DNA of 60,081 nucleotides from an uncultured Oscillospiraceae bacterium (GTDB lineage Bacteria > Bacillota > Clostridia > Oscillospirales > Oscillospiraceae), in NCBI GenBank assembly GCA_964408545.1, contig CAYOZT010000001.1, forward strand, positions 1-60,081, read 5' to 3'. Under the pieces are notes generated by a model. The model did not search any database, had not been told where the DNA came from, and saw nothing but the letters and a program-made list of their open reading frames with translations. Made by a program: the position numbers and the translations under genes. Shown here piece after piece: positions 9,710 to 19,164 of the stretch. Positions within the stretch are counted from its first letter, which is position 1, and the number at the start of each line of letters is the position of its first letter.

Positions 9710-9738
9710 ATGATAAAATAAAATGGAGGAAAATGCAA
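9710..9738 (-). promoter_or_regulatory. SigA-type promoter for the kinase-aro operon
   Basis: Minus strand TTGCAT-17 nt-TATCAT just upstream of the GGAGG RBS. Confidence 0.5.
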
Positions 9739-9864
9739 TAGATTTCTGACGTCATGAGCCAATTTTTCCTGAAAAATACGGACAAAACACAAAATGTGCC
9801 CGCAAGCGAAAGAAGAATGTCAAAATGTGGGATAAAATTTTCTGAAAAAATTTGCCTTTCCCAG

Positions 9865-9893
9865 TTGTTTTATTTGGAAAGAACTGCTATAAT
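9865..9893 (+). promoter_or_regulatory. SigA-type promoter
   Basis: TTGTTT-17 nt-TATAAT with extended TG. Confidence 0.55.
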
Positions 9894-9935
9894 AACAGAA
9901 ACCAAGATGCAAGTGCATCGGAACGGAGGATAACA

Positions 9936-11174
9936 ATGAGTAAGATCGTATGTGACGTTTGCGGCTCATCCTATTCCGAATCGGAGACCCATTGCCCGAT
10001 TTGCGGCACGGCCAAATCGGATGCGGTGAAGCCTGTCGTCGAAACCAATGGGGAAGAGCAGCCTGTCAAGGCCGGCAAATACTCCAAAAACAATACAAAG
10101 AAACCCGCGGCAGCGAACGGCCGTGATCGTGCGGGTGCTTCCCGCAAGTCGGACACGCCCTCGAGCACCGCGATGATCGCGATCGTTGCCGTGCTGCTGC
10201 TGGCGATCGTTGCCGTCGTCGTATTCATCATTGCCCGCGCGGCGGACGATCCCGATCCGAAGGACACCGTTGTCGCCACCACCACACAGGAGTCGACCAC
10301 TTTGCCGGAGATCACTTGCCAGTCCATCTCTCTGCGTGAAGCGATCAACGGCCCGATCATCTTCGAAGATCTGACGAAGACCTTCCGGCTGGAGATCGTC
10401 AAGACACCTGCCGATTCGACCGAAATCGTTACATACATCTCCGCCGATCTCGGCGTTGCCTACGTCAGCGCGGACGGCCTCATTACGCCCGTTGCGCCCG
10501 GCGAAACGAAGATCACCGTCACCTGCGGCGCAGCGACGCCCATTGAGCTGACCGTGGTCGTCGAAGAGCCCGCGCCCGTTCTGGAGCTGACATCCACGGA
10601 ATTTACCCTGAGCGATGCGAACGGTCTCACACAGGATATCCTTGATCTTGTGAAGAACAAAGAAAAATTCGACAAGGAAAAGTTCGTTTTGACCAGCGCT
10701 GATGAGAGCGTCGTTCGCGTGGACGGCACGGTCGTCACTGCACTCAAGAGTAACGGCATGAAGGGCGTCAAGGTCGAGATCAAGTACGGCGAGCAGACGG
10801 CGGAATGCCTCGTGCGCGTCGGCACCATCGCCCAGACCTCCTATAAGCTTTCTGCGGGCTGGAAAAACGAAGGCACCTCCATCACGGTCACGATGGTCGT
10901 CGGCAAGGACGGGCAGAAGAGCATTGAGCTCAAGCTCGTCGACCAGAACGATACCATCGTAAAGATCGCCGAAAGCGACTGGAAATTCAGTAACGATTTC
11001 CCCAAGTGCTGTGAAAAGAGCTACGATGCCTCGACCGGCGCGCTGACGATCACCGCAAAGGCCTCCACCGATACCTTGACTAACGGCCAGTATGTCCTCG
11101 TGTGGACGACTTACCAGAACGTCAAATATCAGTGCAAGATCATCATCAAGCCCGCCGAGACCGCCGAAAACTAA
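9936..11174 (+). CDS. Zinc-ribbon / single-TM / bacterial Ig-like (Big_2-type) domain membrane protein
   Basis: CDVC-x10-CPIC at N-terminus; hydrophobic helix AMIAIVAVLLLAIVAVVVFII; Ig-like motifs SADLGVAYVSADGLITPVAPGETKITVTCG and SADESVVRVDGTVVTAL; GGAGG RBS before ATG 9936. Confidence 0.8.
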   Translation: MSKIVCDVCGSSYSESETHCPICGTAKSDAVKPVVETNGEEQPVKAGKYSKNNTKKPAAANGRDRAGASRKSDTPSSTAMIAIVAVLLLAIVAVVVFIIARAADDPDPKDTVVATTTQESTTLPEITCQSISLREAINGPIIFEDLTKTFRLEIVKTPADSTEIVTYISADLGVAYVSADGLITPVAPGETKITVTCGAATPIELTVVVEEPAPVLELTSTEFTLSDANGLTQDILDLVKNKEKFDKEKFVLTSADESVVRVDGTVVTALKSNGMKGVKVEIKYGEQTAECLVRVGTIAQTSYKLSAGWKNEGTSITVTMVVGKDGQKSIELKLVDQNDTIVKIAESDWKFSNDFPKCCEKSYDASTGALTITAKASTDTLTNGQYVLVWTTYQNVKYQCKIIIKPAETAEN

Positions 11175-11180
11175 ACAAAC

Positions 11181-11218
11181 AAAACCTGCTGCAAGGACGA
11201 GCCTCGCAGCAGGTTTTT
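11181..11218. terminator. Bidirectional intrinsic terminator
   Basis: AAAACCTGCTGC...GCAGCAGGTTTTT between convergent genes. Confidence 0.8.
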
Positions 11219-11230
11219 GTATTTTTCACA

Positions 11231-12073
11231 TTATTTGCGCACGAACAGCACGCCGAGCGTGCCGGGGCCGCAGTGGCAGGAAACGGTGCAGCCGGCGTCC
11301 GTTTCGTATACGACGCCGAAGGGCGGACACTGCCTGACGGCCTCCATGACGGCGCTGTAGCACGCGTCGGTCACGGGCGTTTTGGTGACGAAGAGGATCT
11401 CCCGCGTCAGATCGTCGCGCTCGAGCAGGCGGTCACGAACGTAATTGGCGAGGCACTTGGCATAATTGCCGCGGTATTTTTTCACGACGACCATTTTGCC
11501 GTCCTTGACCTCGATGCAGGGCTTCAAATTCAGGATATTCGCGCCCAAAGCAGCCGCGGCGGAGCAGCGACCGCCCTTGACCATATAGTCGAGTCGGTCG
11601 AGAAGGAAGCTCGCTTCCACGCGATCGGTGAACGCGCGCAGCTTTTCTGCCAAATCGTCGAGTGAGGTGCAGATCTTTGCCAAACGGCAAGCCTCCAGCA
11701 CCACAAGACCTTGACCGGTAGACAGGTTCTTGGAGTCGATGACGCGAACATTGTCGAATTCTTGTGCGGCGAGGCAGGCGTTCTGGTAGCAGGAGGAGAA
11801 GCCCGAGCCGATATTGATGTGGATGACACCGTCATAGCGCTCGGAATAGGGACGGAAGCAGTCGATGTATTCGCCGACGGAGTTGGCGGCCGTCGAGCAC
11901 AGAGCGCCGCCTGCGGCGACGTGCGCGAAGATCTCGGCGGGGGTGATGGTGACATTGTCCTTATATTCGCTGTCGCCCTTGATAACGGTCAGGGGGATGA
12001 TGGAAATGTCGTTTTCCCGAAGGATTTCGGCGGAGAGGTCACAGGTGCTGTCTGAAATGATCTTGATGTTCAT
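11231..12073 (-). CDS. DegV family fatty acid-binding protein
   Basis: IISDSTCDL, FSSCYQNA, IDSKNLSTG, KGGR, LNLKP, SCHCGPGTLG. Confidence 0.93.
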   Translation of the reverse strand: MNIKIISDSTCDLSAEILRENDISIIPLTVIKGDSEYKDNVTITPAEIFAHVAAGGALCSTAANSVGEYIDCFRPYSERYDGVIHINIGSGFSSCYQNACLAAQEFDNVRVIDSKNLSTGQGLVVLEACRLAKICTSLDDLAEKLRAFTDRVEASFLLDRLDYMVKGGRCSAAAALGANILNLKPCIEVKDGKMVVVKKYRGNYAKCLANYVRDRLLERDDLTREILFVTKTPVTDACYSAVMEAVRQCPPFGVVYETDAGCTVSCHCGPGTLGVLFVRK

Positions 12074-12097
12074 ATGTCGATGATTTCCTTTCGTTCG

Positions 12098-12457
12098 TTA
12101 TGCATGACTCGCTTGCGTCATCATGAAACAGTTCGGCTCCACCTTGGAGCGGCGCAAATAATCCGCACCCCAGTCCCGCATGGCAACGAGAATGGGCATG
12201 AGGCTCCTGCCGAGCTCGGTCAGGGAGTACTCGACCTTCGGCGGGACGATGGGGAAGACCTCGCGATGGACGAGGTCGCTGGCCTCCAGCTCGCGCAGTT
12301 GCTGCGTCAGCATTTTCGGGGTGATGCCGTCGAGCGCGGCGCGCAGCTGAGAGTAGCGCAGCTTGCTGTCGGACAAGTGCCAGAGGATCAATGCCTTGTA
12401 TTTGCCGCCAATCAAGTCCAAAGTGGCTTCCACGGGACAATTTTGCGATGTGGACAC
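12098..12457 (-). CDS. HxlR family winged-helix regulator
   Basis: CPVEATLDLIGGKYK, ITPKMLTQQLRELE, PPKVEYSLT; GTG start 8 nt after GGAGG. Confidence 0.92.
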   Translation of the reverse strand: MSTSQNCPVEATLDLIGGKYKALILWHLSDSKLRYSQLRAALDGITPKMLTQQLRELEASDLVHREVFPIVPPKVEYSLTELGRSLMPILVAMRDWGADYLRRSKVEPNCFMMTQASHA

Positions 12458-12638
12458 GGGGAAAACCTCCTTGCTTACCAAAAGGATAGTATGGTACAAA
12501 AAAGTGCATACTTGCCAATCGGAATGATTGTGATAGAATGGTATCATAAAGTCGTGCAGATGTCAATAAAATTTTACAATTCCGGGTTGATTTTTGGCGC
12601 GCGATGACCGATAATATAGATATGGAGAGGGAACGCTT

Positions 12639-15122
12639 ATGATACTGAAATTCGAAGTGAGCGGAATGACCTGCGCGGCGTGCTCGGCGCGTGTGGAAAA
12701 GGTGACGGGCGCCGTTGCGGGCGTGCAAAAGGCGGAGGTCAATCTCCTCGCGGGGAAAATGACCGTCGAGGCAGACTCCGATGTGACGCAGAAGATCGAA
12801 CTTGCCGTGCGCGAGGCCGGTTACGGGATCTGTGTTGCCGGTGCGCAGAAAAAAGTACGGCAGGGGACGGACGATCCGCTGCGCGAGATGAAAAAACGCA
12901 TCATCGGTTCTGGCATATTTCTCGTGATACTGATGTACTTTACCATGGGGCACATGATCGGCTTGCCGCTGCCTGCATGGTACCATCACAGCCCGATGAC
13001 CGCGGCACTGCTGCAGTTTCTGCTGACGCTGCCCGTGGTCTACCTCAATCGCGCGTACTACACGCGCGGGCTGAAGGCACTTTGGCACAGAGCGCCGAAC
13101 ATGGATTCGCTGATCGCGGTCGGCTCACTTGCGGCACTCGGATACGGGGTCGCGGCACTGTTTTTGATGGCCGACGCGCTCGGCACGGGCGATCTGCAGA
13201 AGGCGCAAGGCTATGCCGATAATCTCTATTTCGAGTCCGCGGCGATGATATTGACCCTTGTGACCTTGGGGAAATTTCTCGAAACGCGTGCCAAGGGCAA
13301 AACGGGGGACGCCATCCGTCAGCTGATGGATCTGCGTCCGAAAACGGCCACCGTCGTGCGCGACGGTTGCGAGACGGTCATCCCCGTCGAGCAGGTGCGC
13401 GTGGGCGACATCGTGTCGGTCAAGGCGGGTGAGAGCATCAGCGTGGACGGCGTGATCGTGTTCGGCTCGGCCGGTATCGACCAGAGCGCGCTCACGGGCG
13501 AGAGCATCCCCGCGGAAAAAACGGTCGGCGACCGCGTCGCCGCCGCGACCGTCAGCCGCAGCGGCTATATCCGCTTCCGCGCCGAGCAGGTCGGCGAGGA
13601 TACGACGCTTGCCAAGATCATCCGTATGGTCGAGGAGGCGGGCGGCTCGAAGGCGCCCATCGCCCGTCTGGCGGACAAGATCGCGGGCATTTTCGTGCCC
13701 ACGGTCATGAGTATCGCAGCCGTGACTTTGCTCGTATGGCTGCTCGCGGGGAAGACGCTTTCGTTTAGCCTCGGCTGCGCCGTGTCGGTGCTGGTCATTT
13801 CCTGCCCGTGTGCGCTCGGTCTGGCGACGCCCGTTGCCATCATGGTCGGCACGGGGCGTGCGGCCAATCTCGGCGTGCTTTTCAAAAACGCGGCAGCGCT
13901 GGAAAATCTGCACCGCATCGATACCGTCGTGCTCGATAAGACGGGCACCTTGACTACGGGCAAGCCCGCAGTGACGGATGTTTTGGAGGCAACCGACGGT
14001 TGCGGCCTGATCGCGGTCGCGGCTGCCTTGGAAGAACGCTCGGAGCATCCGTTCGCACACGCGATCACGCAATACGCACAGGGCGTCGAACGCCCGAGCG
14101 TCACGGATTTTGAGACCCTTGCGGGCTTGGGCGTCAGCGGCCGTATCGACGGCGTGCGCTATTTCGGAGGCAACCGTAGGTTGCTCGAAAGCAAGGGCAT
14201 CCGTGTTCCCGAATATCCGCACTTGACCGACGCGGGAAAAACGCCGCTGTATTTCGGCGCGGAGGACGGACGGTATCTCGGCGCCATCGCCGCAGCGGAT
14301 GTACTCAAGGACGATTCGTGCGAGGCGGTCGCCGCGATGCACGCGCTCGGGCTGTCGGTCGTGATGCTCACGGGCGATAACCGCCTGACCGCAAACGCCA
14401 TCGCGCAAAGCGCCGGCATTTCGCGTGTCATCTCCGATGTGCTCCCGACGGACAAATCCGCCGCCGTGCAGCAGTTGCGCGCACAAGGACACCGCGTGCT
14501 CATGGTCGGCGACGGTATCAACGACGCGCCCGCGCTCGTCTCGGCGGATGTCGGCATGGCCATCGGCGCGGGAACGGATATCGCCGTGGAGTCGGCGGAT
14601 GTCGTGCTGATGGGCACGTCGCTCACGGGCATTTGTCGTGCGGTGGAACTGAGCAAGGCGACCATCCGCAATATCCGCCAGAATCTTTTTTGGGCGTTTG
14701 CCTACAATACCTTGGGCATACCCATTGCGGCGGGCGTTTTGTATCCGGCGTTCGGGATCCGACTCAGTCCCATGATCGGGGCTGCGGCCATGAGCCTGAG
14801 CTCCGTATTTGTCGTAAGTAATGCGCTGCGTCTGCGGCTGTTTCGGCCGAAGAGCGCGCAAAAAATAGCAAGGCAAGAGGAAAACCAAGAGGAAACACAA
14901 AAATCGGAACAGGAGGAAAAAACGATGCAGACAGTCATTAAAGTCGAGGGCATGATGTGCAATCATTGCAAAGCGAGAGTGGAGAAAGCTTGCATGGCCG
15001 TACCCGGGACGACCGCCGCGGTGGTGGATCTGGCCGAAAAACAGGTCACCGTCACGGGCACTTCCGAGCGTGCGGCTTTGGAAAAAGCGATCGTCGACGC
15101 CGGCTACGAGATCATTGGGTGA
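12639..15122 (+). CDS. copA: Cu(I)-type heavy metal P1B ATPase with N- and C-terminal HMA domains
   Basis: GMTCAAC, TGES, CPCALGLATP, DKTGT, GDGINDAP, YN and MxxSS motifs, C-terminal GMMCNHC. Confidence 0.93.
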   Translation: MILKFEVSGMTCAACSARVEKVTGAVAGVQKAEVNLLAGKMTVEADSDVTQKIELAVREAGYGICVAGAQKKVRQGTDDPLREMKKRIIGSGIFLVILMYFTMGHMIGLPLPAWYHHSPMTAALLQFLLTLPVVYLNRAYYTRGLKALWHRAPNMDSLIAVGSLAALGYGVAALFLMADALGTGDLQKAQGYADNLYFESAAMILTLVTLGKFLETRAKGKTGDAIRQLMDLRPKTATVVRDGCETVIPVEQVRVGDIVSVKAGESISVDGVIVFGSAGIDQSALTGESIPAEKTVGDRVAAATVSRSGYIRFRAEQVGEDTTLAKIIRMVEEAGGSKAPIARLADKIAGIFVPTVMSIAAVTLLVWLLAGKTLSFSLGCAVSVLVISCPCALGLATPVAIMVGTGRAANLGVLFKNAAALENLHRIDTVVLDKTGTLTTGKPAVTDVLEATDGCGLIAVAAALEERSEHPFAHAITQYAQGVERPSVTDFETLAGLGVSGRIDGVRYFGGNRRLLESKGIRVPEYPHLTDAGKTPLYFGAEDGRYLGAIAAADVLKDDSCEAVAAMHALGLSVVMLTGDNRLTANAIAQSAGISRVISDVLPTDKSAAVQQLRAQGHRVLMVGDGINDAPALVSADVGMAIGAGTDIAVESADVVLMGTSLTGICRAVELSKATIRNIRQNLFWAFAYNTLGIPIAAGVLYPAFGIRLSPMIGAAAMSLSSVFVVSNALRLRLFRPKSAQKIARQEENQEETQKSEQEEKTMQTVIKVEGMMCNHCKARVEKACMAVPGTTAAVVDLAEKQVTVTGTSERAALEKAIVDAGYEIIG

Positions 15123-15132
15123 GGTGAAGGAT

Positions 15133-16062
15133 ATGCACATGGATTTTTACTTTCCGTCCAACGGAAAAGGCATGATCCACGGCTGCCGCTGGGAGCCGCA
15201 GGGTGAGCCGAAAGCCGTGCTGCAGATCGTGCACGGCATTGCCGAGTACGCGGCGCGTTACGAGGAGTTTGCCACATTCATGGCGCAGCAGGGCTATCTT
15301 GTGGTCGCGGAGGATCACATGGGGCACGGAGAATCCATTGCCGACGGCGCAGCCGGCTATTTCGAGGGCGGCTGGTTCAAGGCGGTCGCGGATACGCATC
15401 GGTTGCTGACCTATACGCGTATGGAGTATCCAGACATTCCGTATGTGATGTTCGGACATTCCATGGGCTCGTTCATGCTGCGCACGATGCTCATCAAATA
15501 CCCGCGCGCCGATATCAGCGCCGCGATCATCTGCGGCACGGCGTGGATGCACCGCGGACTGATCAATTCCGCCATGGCAACGGCGATGTTGGCCTGCAAG
15601 GGCGGCCGTGCCGACAAGCCCAGTAAGATGCTCAACAACATGATGTTCGGCTCGTACAACCGTAAGGTCGAGCACAAGCGCACCGATTTCGACTGGTTGA
15701 CGAGAGATGCCGCCATCGTCGATGCATATATCGCCGATCCGCTGTGCGGTTTCCCCGTTACGCCGGGGCTTGCGCGCGATATGCTCGGCGGGATGCGCTT
15801 CAATCAGGAGAGCGAAAATCTCGCGAAAATGCGCAAAGATCTTCCCGTGCTTTTCATCGCGGGCAGCGACGACCCCGTCGGATCGTACGGCGAGGGCGTG
15901 ACGCGCGCATACAAAGAATTCGTCAAAGCGGGCATGGAGCAGGCGGATATCCGATTGTATCCGCTTTGCCGCCACGAGCTTCTTAACGAGATCAACCGTG
16001 ATGAGGTCTATGCGTATATTTTGCAGTGGCTGCAAAATAAGCAGATCGCAAATGACATCTGA
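15133..16062 (+). CDS. Alpha/beta hydrolase (lysophospholipase-like)
   Basis: HGIAEY, DHMGHG, GHSMG nucleophile elbow, GSDDPV, RHELLNE. Confidence 0.9.
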   Translation: MHMDFYFPSNGKGMIHGCRWEPQGEPKAVLQIVHGIAEYAARYEEFATFMAQQGYLVVAEDHMGHGESIADGAAGYFEGGWFKAVADTHRLLTYTRMEYPDIPYVMFGHSMGSFMLRTMLIKYPRADISAAIICGTAWMHRGLINSAMATAMLACKGGRADKPSKMLNNMMFGSYNRKVEHKRTDFDWLTRDAAIVDAYIADPLCGFPVTPGLARDMLGGMRFNQESENLAKMRKDLPVLFIAGSDDPVGSYGEGVTRAYKEFVKAGMEQADIRLYPLCRHELLNEINRDEVYAYILQWLQNKQIANDI

Positions 16063-16097
16063 GCGCGTTTGGCGCATACCGTAAGCGGAGGTAGCGA

Positions 16098-16439
16098 TTG
16101 AACATTCAGATATTCGGCAGGAGCAAATGCTTCGACACGAAAAAAGCCGAACGCTATTTCAAGGAGCGGCGCATCAAGTACCAGTATATCGATCTAGACC
16201 GTTACGGCATGGCGGGCAAGGAATTCGACAGTGTCCTGCGCGCCGTCGGCGGGATCGACCGCCTCATCGACTGGGACGGCCGCTCGAGCGAGATCACGCT
16301 CATGAAGTATATGGACGATGCGCGTGCCAAGGAAGACAAAGTCTTCGACGATCCCACGCTGATGAAAACGCCCGTCGTGCGCAACGGAAAATCGGCCACC
16401 GTCGGCTATTGCCCCGAGATCTGGGCGCGCTGGGAATAA
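16098..16439 (+). CDS. ArsC/Spx family protein
   Basis: KCFDTKKAERYFKER, LMKTPVVRNG; TTG start after GGAGGT. Confidence 0.88.
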   Translation: MNIQIFGRSKCFDTKKAERYFKERRIKYQYIDLDRYGMAGKEFDSVLRAVGGIDRLIDWDGRSSEITLMKYMDDARAKEDKVFDDPTLMKTPVVRNGKSATVGYCPEIWARWE

Positions 16440-16450
16440 AATAAAGGCAC

Positions 16451-16487
16451 AAAAGCAGTTTCCCGAAACGGGGGACTGCTTTTTTTA
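16451..16487 (+). terminator. Intrinsic terminator
   Basis: AAAAGCAGTTTCCCG-AAA-CGGGGGACTGCTTTTTTT. Confidence 0.85.
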
Positions 16488-16538
16488 TAATTTTTAGTTG
16501 AAAACGGCGCAAAAATATGATACTCTAGGAGGGAACGA

Positions 16539-17906
16539 ATGTCTGTTTTGCAAAAGCTGTACGATATCGTGTGGGGCGCCCCTGCGCTGGTGCTCATCGT
16601 GCTGGTCGGGATGTACCTAAGCGTGCGCAGCGGCTTTGCGCAGCTGCGGCTGCTACCGTGCGCGCTGCGTGCTTTCTTCTTGAAAATGTTCGGCAAGCGC
16701 GACGCCGACGGCGGCTCCTCATTCCGCGCACTGTGCACGGCGCTTGCCGCTACCGTCGGTACGGGAAATTTGGCGGGCGTGGCCGGTGCCATCAGCATCG
16801 GCGGCGCGGGCGCGATCTTCTGGATGTGGGTGTGCGGTCTGCTCGGCATGATGCTCAAATTCGCCGAGGCAACGCTTGCCGTGCGCTACCGCACGCAAAA
16901 CGATGCGCACGAATACATCGGCGGGCCGATGTATGTGATCGAACGCGGACTCGGGAAAAAATGGCGTTTTCTTGCGGTCATCTACAGTTTTTTCGGCTTG
17001 ATCGCCGCTTTCGGTGTGGGTAACGCCACACAGATCAATACCGTCATCGTCAGCGTCAACGATGTGCTTTCACGTTTCGGCGGCGCGCCGACGACGATGG
17101 GGAATCTGCTCATGGGCATCGGCCTTGCGATCCTTGTCGGGGCTATGCTGCTCGGCGGCGCGAGCCGCATCGGGCGCACGGCGGAGGTGCTGGTGCCGTT
17201 TGCGGCGACGGCCTATCTGTTGATGGGCTGCGCAGTGCTCATCGCGCGCATCGACGCCGTCCCGAGCGCATTCGCCGCCATTTTTCACGGTGCCATGCAG
17301 CCGCGTGCCGTCACGGGCGGCGTGGTCGGCTCTGCGGTAGCGACGATGCGTATCGGCGTTTCGCGCGGCGTGTTTACGAACGAAGCGGGCATGGGCACCG
17401 CGGGCATCGCGCACGCGGGCGCCGAGGTGCGACACCCTGTCGAGCAGGGGCTGATGGGCATCGTGGAGGTCTTTCTCGACACCATCGTCATCTGCACGAT
17501 GACGGCACTCGTGATCCTTTGCAGCGGCGTTCCCATCGCGTATGGGACGGATGTCGGCATCACGCTCACGACCGACGGCTTCGCCGCCGTGCTCGGTGCG
17601 TGGGTGCCCGTTGCCATTTCCGCCGCGCTGTGTCTGTTTGCACTGGCGACGGTGCTCGGCTGGGGGCTGTACGGGATGCGCTGCGCGCAATACCTGTTCG
17701 GCACACGAAAATGGAAGATCTTCGTCTACATTCAAGTTGCCACCGTCGTTTTTTCCGCCGTGCAGAACGCGCAAAGCGTATGGCTGGCGGCGGAGATCAT
17801 CAACGGCCTGATGGCCGTTCCGAACCTCATCGCTTTGGCGGCGCTCAGCCCCGAGCTGTTGCGACTGCTGCGTCAATACAAAAGAAAAACGGTAAATGTG
17901 CCGTAA
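16539..17906 (+). CDS. Alanine/glycine:cation symporter (AGCS family)
   Basis: LAATVGTGNLAGVA, GAGAIFWMW, GGPMY, RGVFTNEAGMG, DTIVICTMT, PNLIAL. Confidence 0.93.
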   Translation: MSVLQKLYDIVWGAPALVLIVLVGMYLSVRSGFAQLRLLPCALRAFFLKMFGKRDADGGSSFRALCTALAATVGTGNLAGVAGAISIGGAGAIFWMWVCGLLGMMLKFAEATLAVRYRTQNDAHEYIGGPMYVIERGLGKKWRFLAVIYSFFGLIAAFGVGNATQINTVIVSVNDVLSRFGGAPTTMGNLLMGIGLAILVGAMLLGGASRIGRTAEVLVPFAATAYLLMGCAVLIARIDAVPSAFAAIFHGAMQPRAVTGGVVGSAVATMRIGVSRGVFTNEAGMGTAGIAHAGAEVRHPVEQGLMGIVEVFLDTIVICTMTALVILCSGVPIAYGTDVGITLTTDGFAAVLGAWVPVAISAALCLFALATVLGWGLYGMRCAQYLFGTRKWKIFVYIQVATVVFSAVQNAQSVWLAAEIINGLMAVPNLIALAALSPELLRLLRQYKRKTVNVP

Positions 17907-17918
17907 ATGGAGGTAAAT

Positions 17919-19124
17919 ATGAGAATTTCCGTCAATGCAAATCGCTGTGAGTCCTCGCCCATGCGAAAGTATCACCCGCTTGCGGTCGCGGCCAAGGAGC
18001 AGGGCAAGACCATCTATCACCTGAACATCGGTCAGCCGGATCTGCCGACACCGCAGGCGTTTTACGATGTCGTGCATAATTTCACCGAGGAAACTCTGGC
18101 CTATACCGAGTCGCCCGGCACGACCGAGCTGATCGACGCCATCCGCGGCTATTACGCCAAGCTCGGCGTTTCGCTCGAGCGCAGCGACGTGCTCATCACC
18201 ACGGGCGGCAGTGAGGCGCTGATGTTTGCCTGCCACTGCATCCTCGACCCGTATACGGAGATCATCGTTCCCGAGCCTTACTATCCGAACTACTCCACCT
18301 TCGTGCATATGGCGGGCGGCACGATCCGCGCCCTGCCGACCTGCCCGGAGGAGGGCTATAACTACGCTTTCCGCGACCGCATCGAGGCGCTCATCACGCC
18401 CAACACCCGCGCCATCATGATCACGAACCCCGGTAACCCCACCGGCGTCACGCTGACCAAAGAGCAAATGCGTATGATCGCGGACGTCGCCAAGGAGCAC
18501 GAGCTGTATCTGATCAGCGACGAGGTGTACCGCGAGTTCTGCTACGACCGCCTTGAGGGTGCGCCCACGATGGGTATTTTCGACGATATCGCGGAAAATC
18601 TGATCATCACCGACTCCGTTTCCAAGCAGTTCTCCGCTTGCGGCGCGCGTGTCGGCTGCATCATCACGAAAAATCACAAGCTGCAGCAGGCACTGCTGAA
18701 ATTCTGCCAGTCCCGTCTGGCAGTCGCCACCATCGATCAGGCCGCGTCGGCTGCGCTGTACAGCGTCGGGCAGGACTTCTACGACGAATGCCGCCGCGAA
18801 TACAAAAAGCGCCGCGACCTCGTGGTCGATTCGCTGCGCGACATCCCCGGCGTGCTGGTCGAGCGTCCGCACGGTGCGTTCTACGTGATGGCAAAGCTCC
18901 CCGTCGACGATACGGACAAATTCCAGAACTGGCTGCTGTCGGAGTTCGACGACGAGGGAGAGACCGTTATGTTCGCGCCCGGCGCACCCTTCTACGAAAC
19001 GCCCGGTAAGGGCGTGGACGAGGTGCGTATCGCCTACGTCCTCAAGGAGGAAAATCTGCGCCGCGCCATGCAGCTGCTCGATAAGGGAATCGCTCGTTAT
19101 CGCAAAGAAGTGATGGGCGTCTGA
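17919..19124 (+). CDS. PLP-dependent aminotransferase class I/II
   Basis: LNIGQPD, TTGGSEAL, NPGNPTG, SDEVY, DSVSKQFSACGARVG. Confidence 0.92.
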   Translation: MRISVNANRCESSPMRKYHPLAVAAKEQGKTIYHLNIGQPDLPTPQAFYDVVHNFTEETLAYTESPGTTELIDAIRGYYAKLGVSLERSDVLITTGGSEALMFACHCILDPYTEIIVPEPYYPNYSTFVHMAGGTIRALPTCPEEGYNYAFRDRIEALITPNTRAIMITNPGNPTGVTLTKEQMRMIADVAKEHELYLISDEVYREFCYDRLEGAPTMGIFDDIAENLIITDSVSKQFSACGARVGCIITKNHKLQQALLKFCQSRLAVATIDQAASAALYSVGQDFYDECRREYKKRRDLVVDSLRDIPGVLVERPHGAFYVMAKLPVDDTDKFQNWLLSEFDDEGETVMFAPGAPFYETPGKGVDEVRIAYVLKEENLRRAMQLLDKGIARYRKEVMGV

Positions 19125-19164
19125 CCTTTTCCGCCATGGCGGCAAATACTCAGGAGGAAATACC

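Noticed and set aside
16488-16538. Glycine riboswitch or T-box upstream of agcS or cysS
   Set aside because: Intergenic gaps (about 50 nt here, 40 nt before cysS) are too short and lack the consensus
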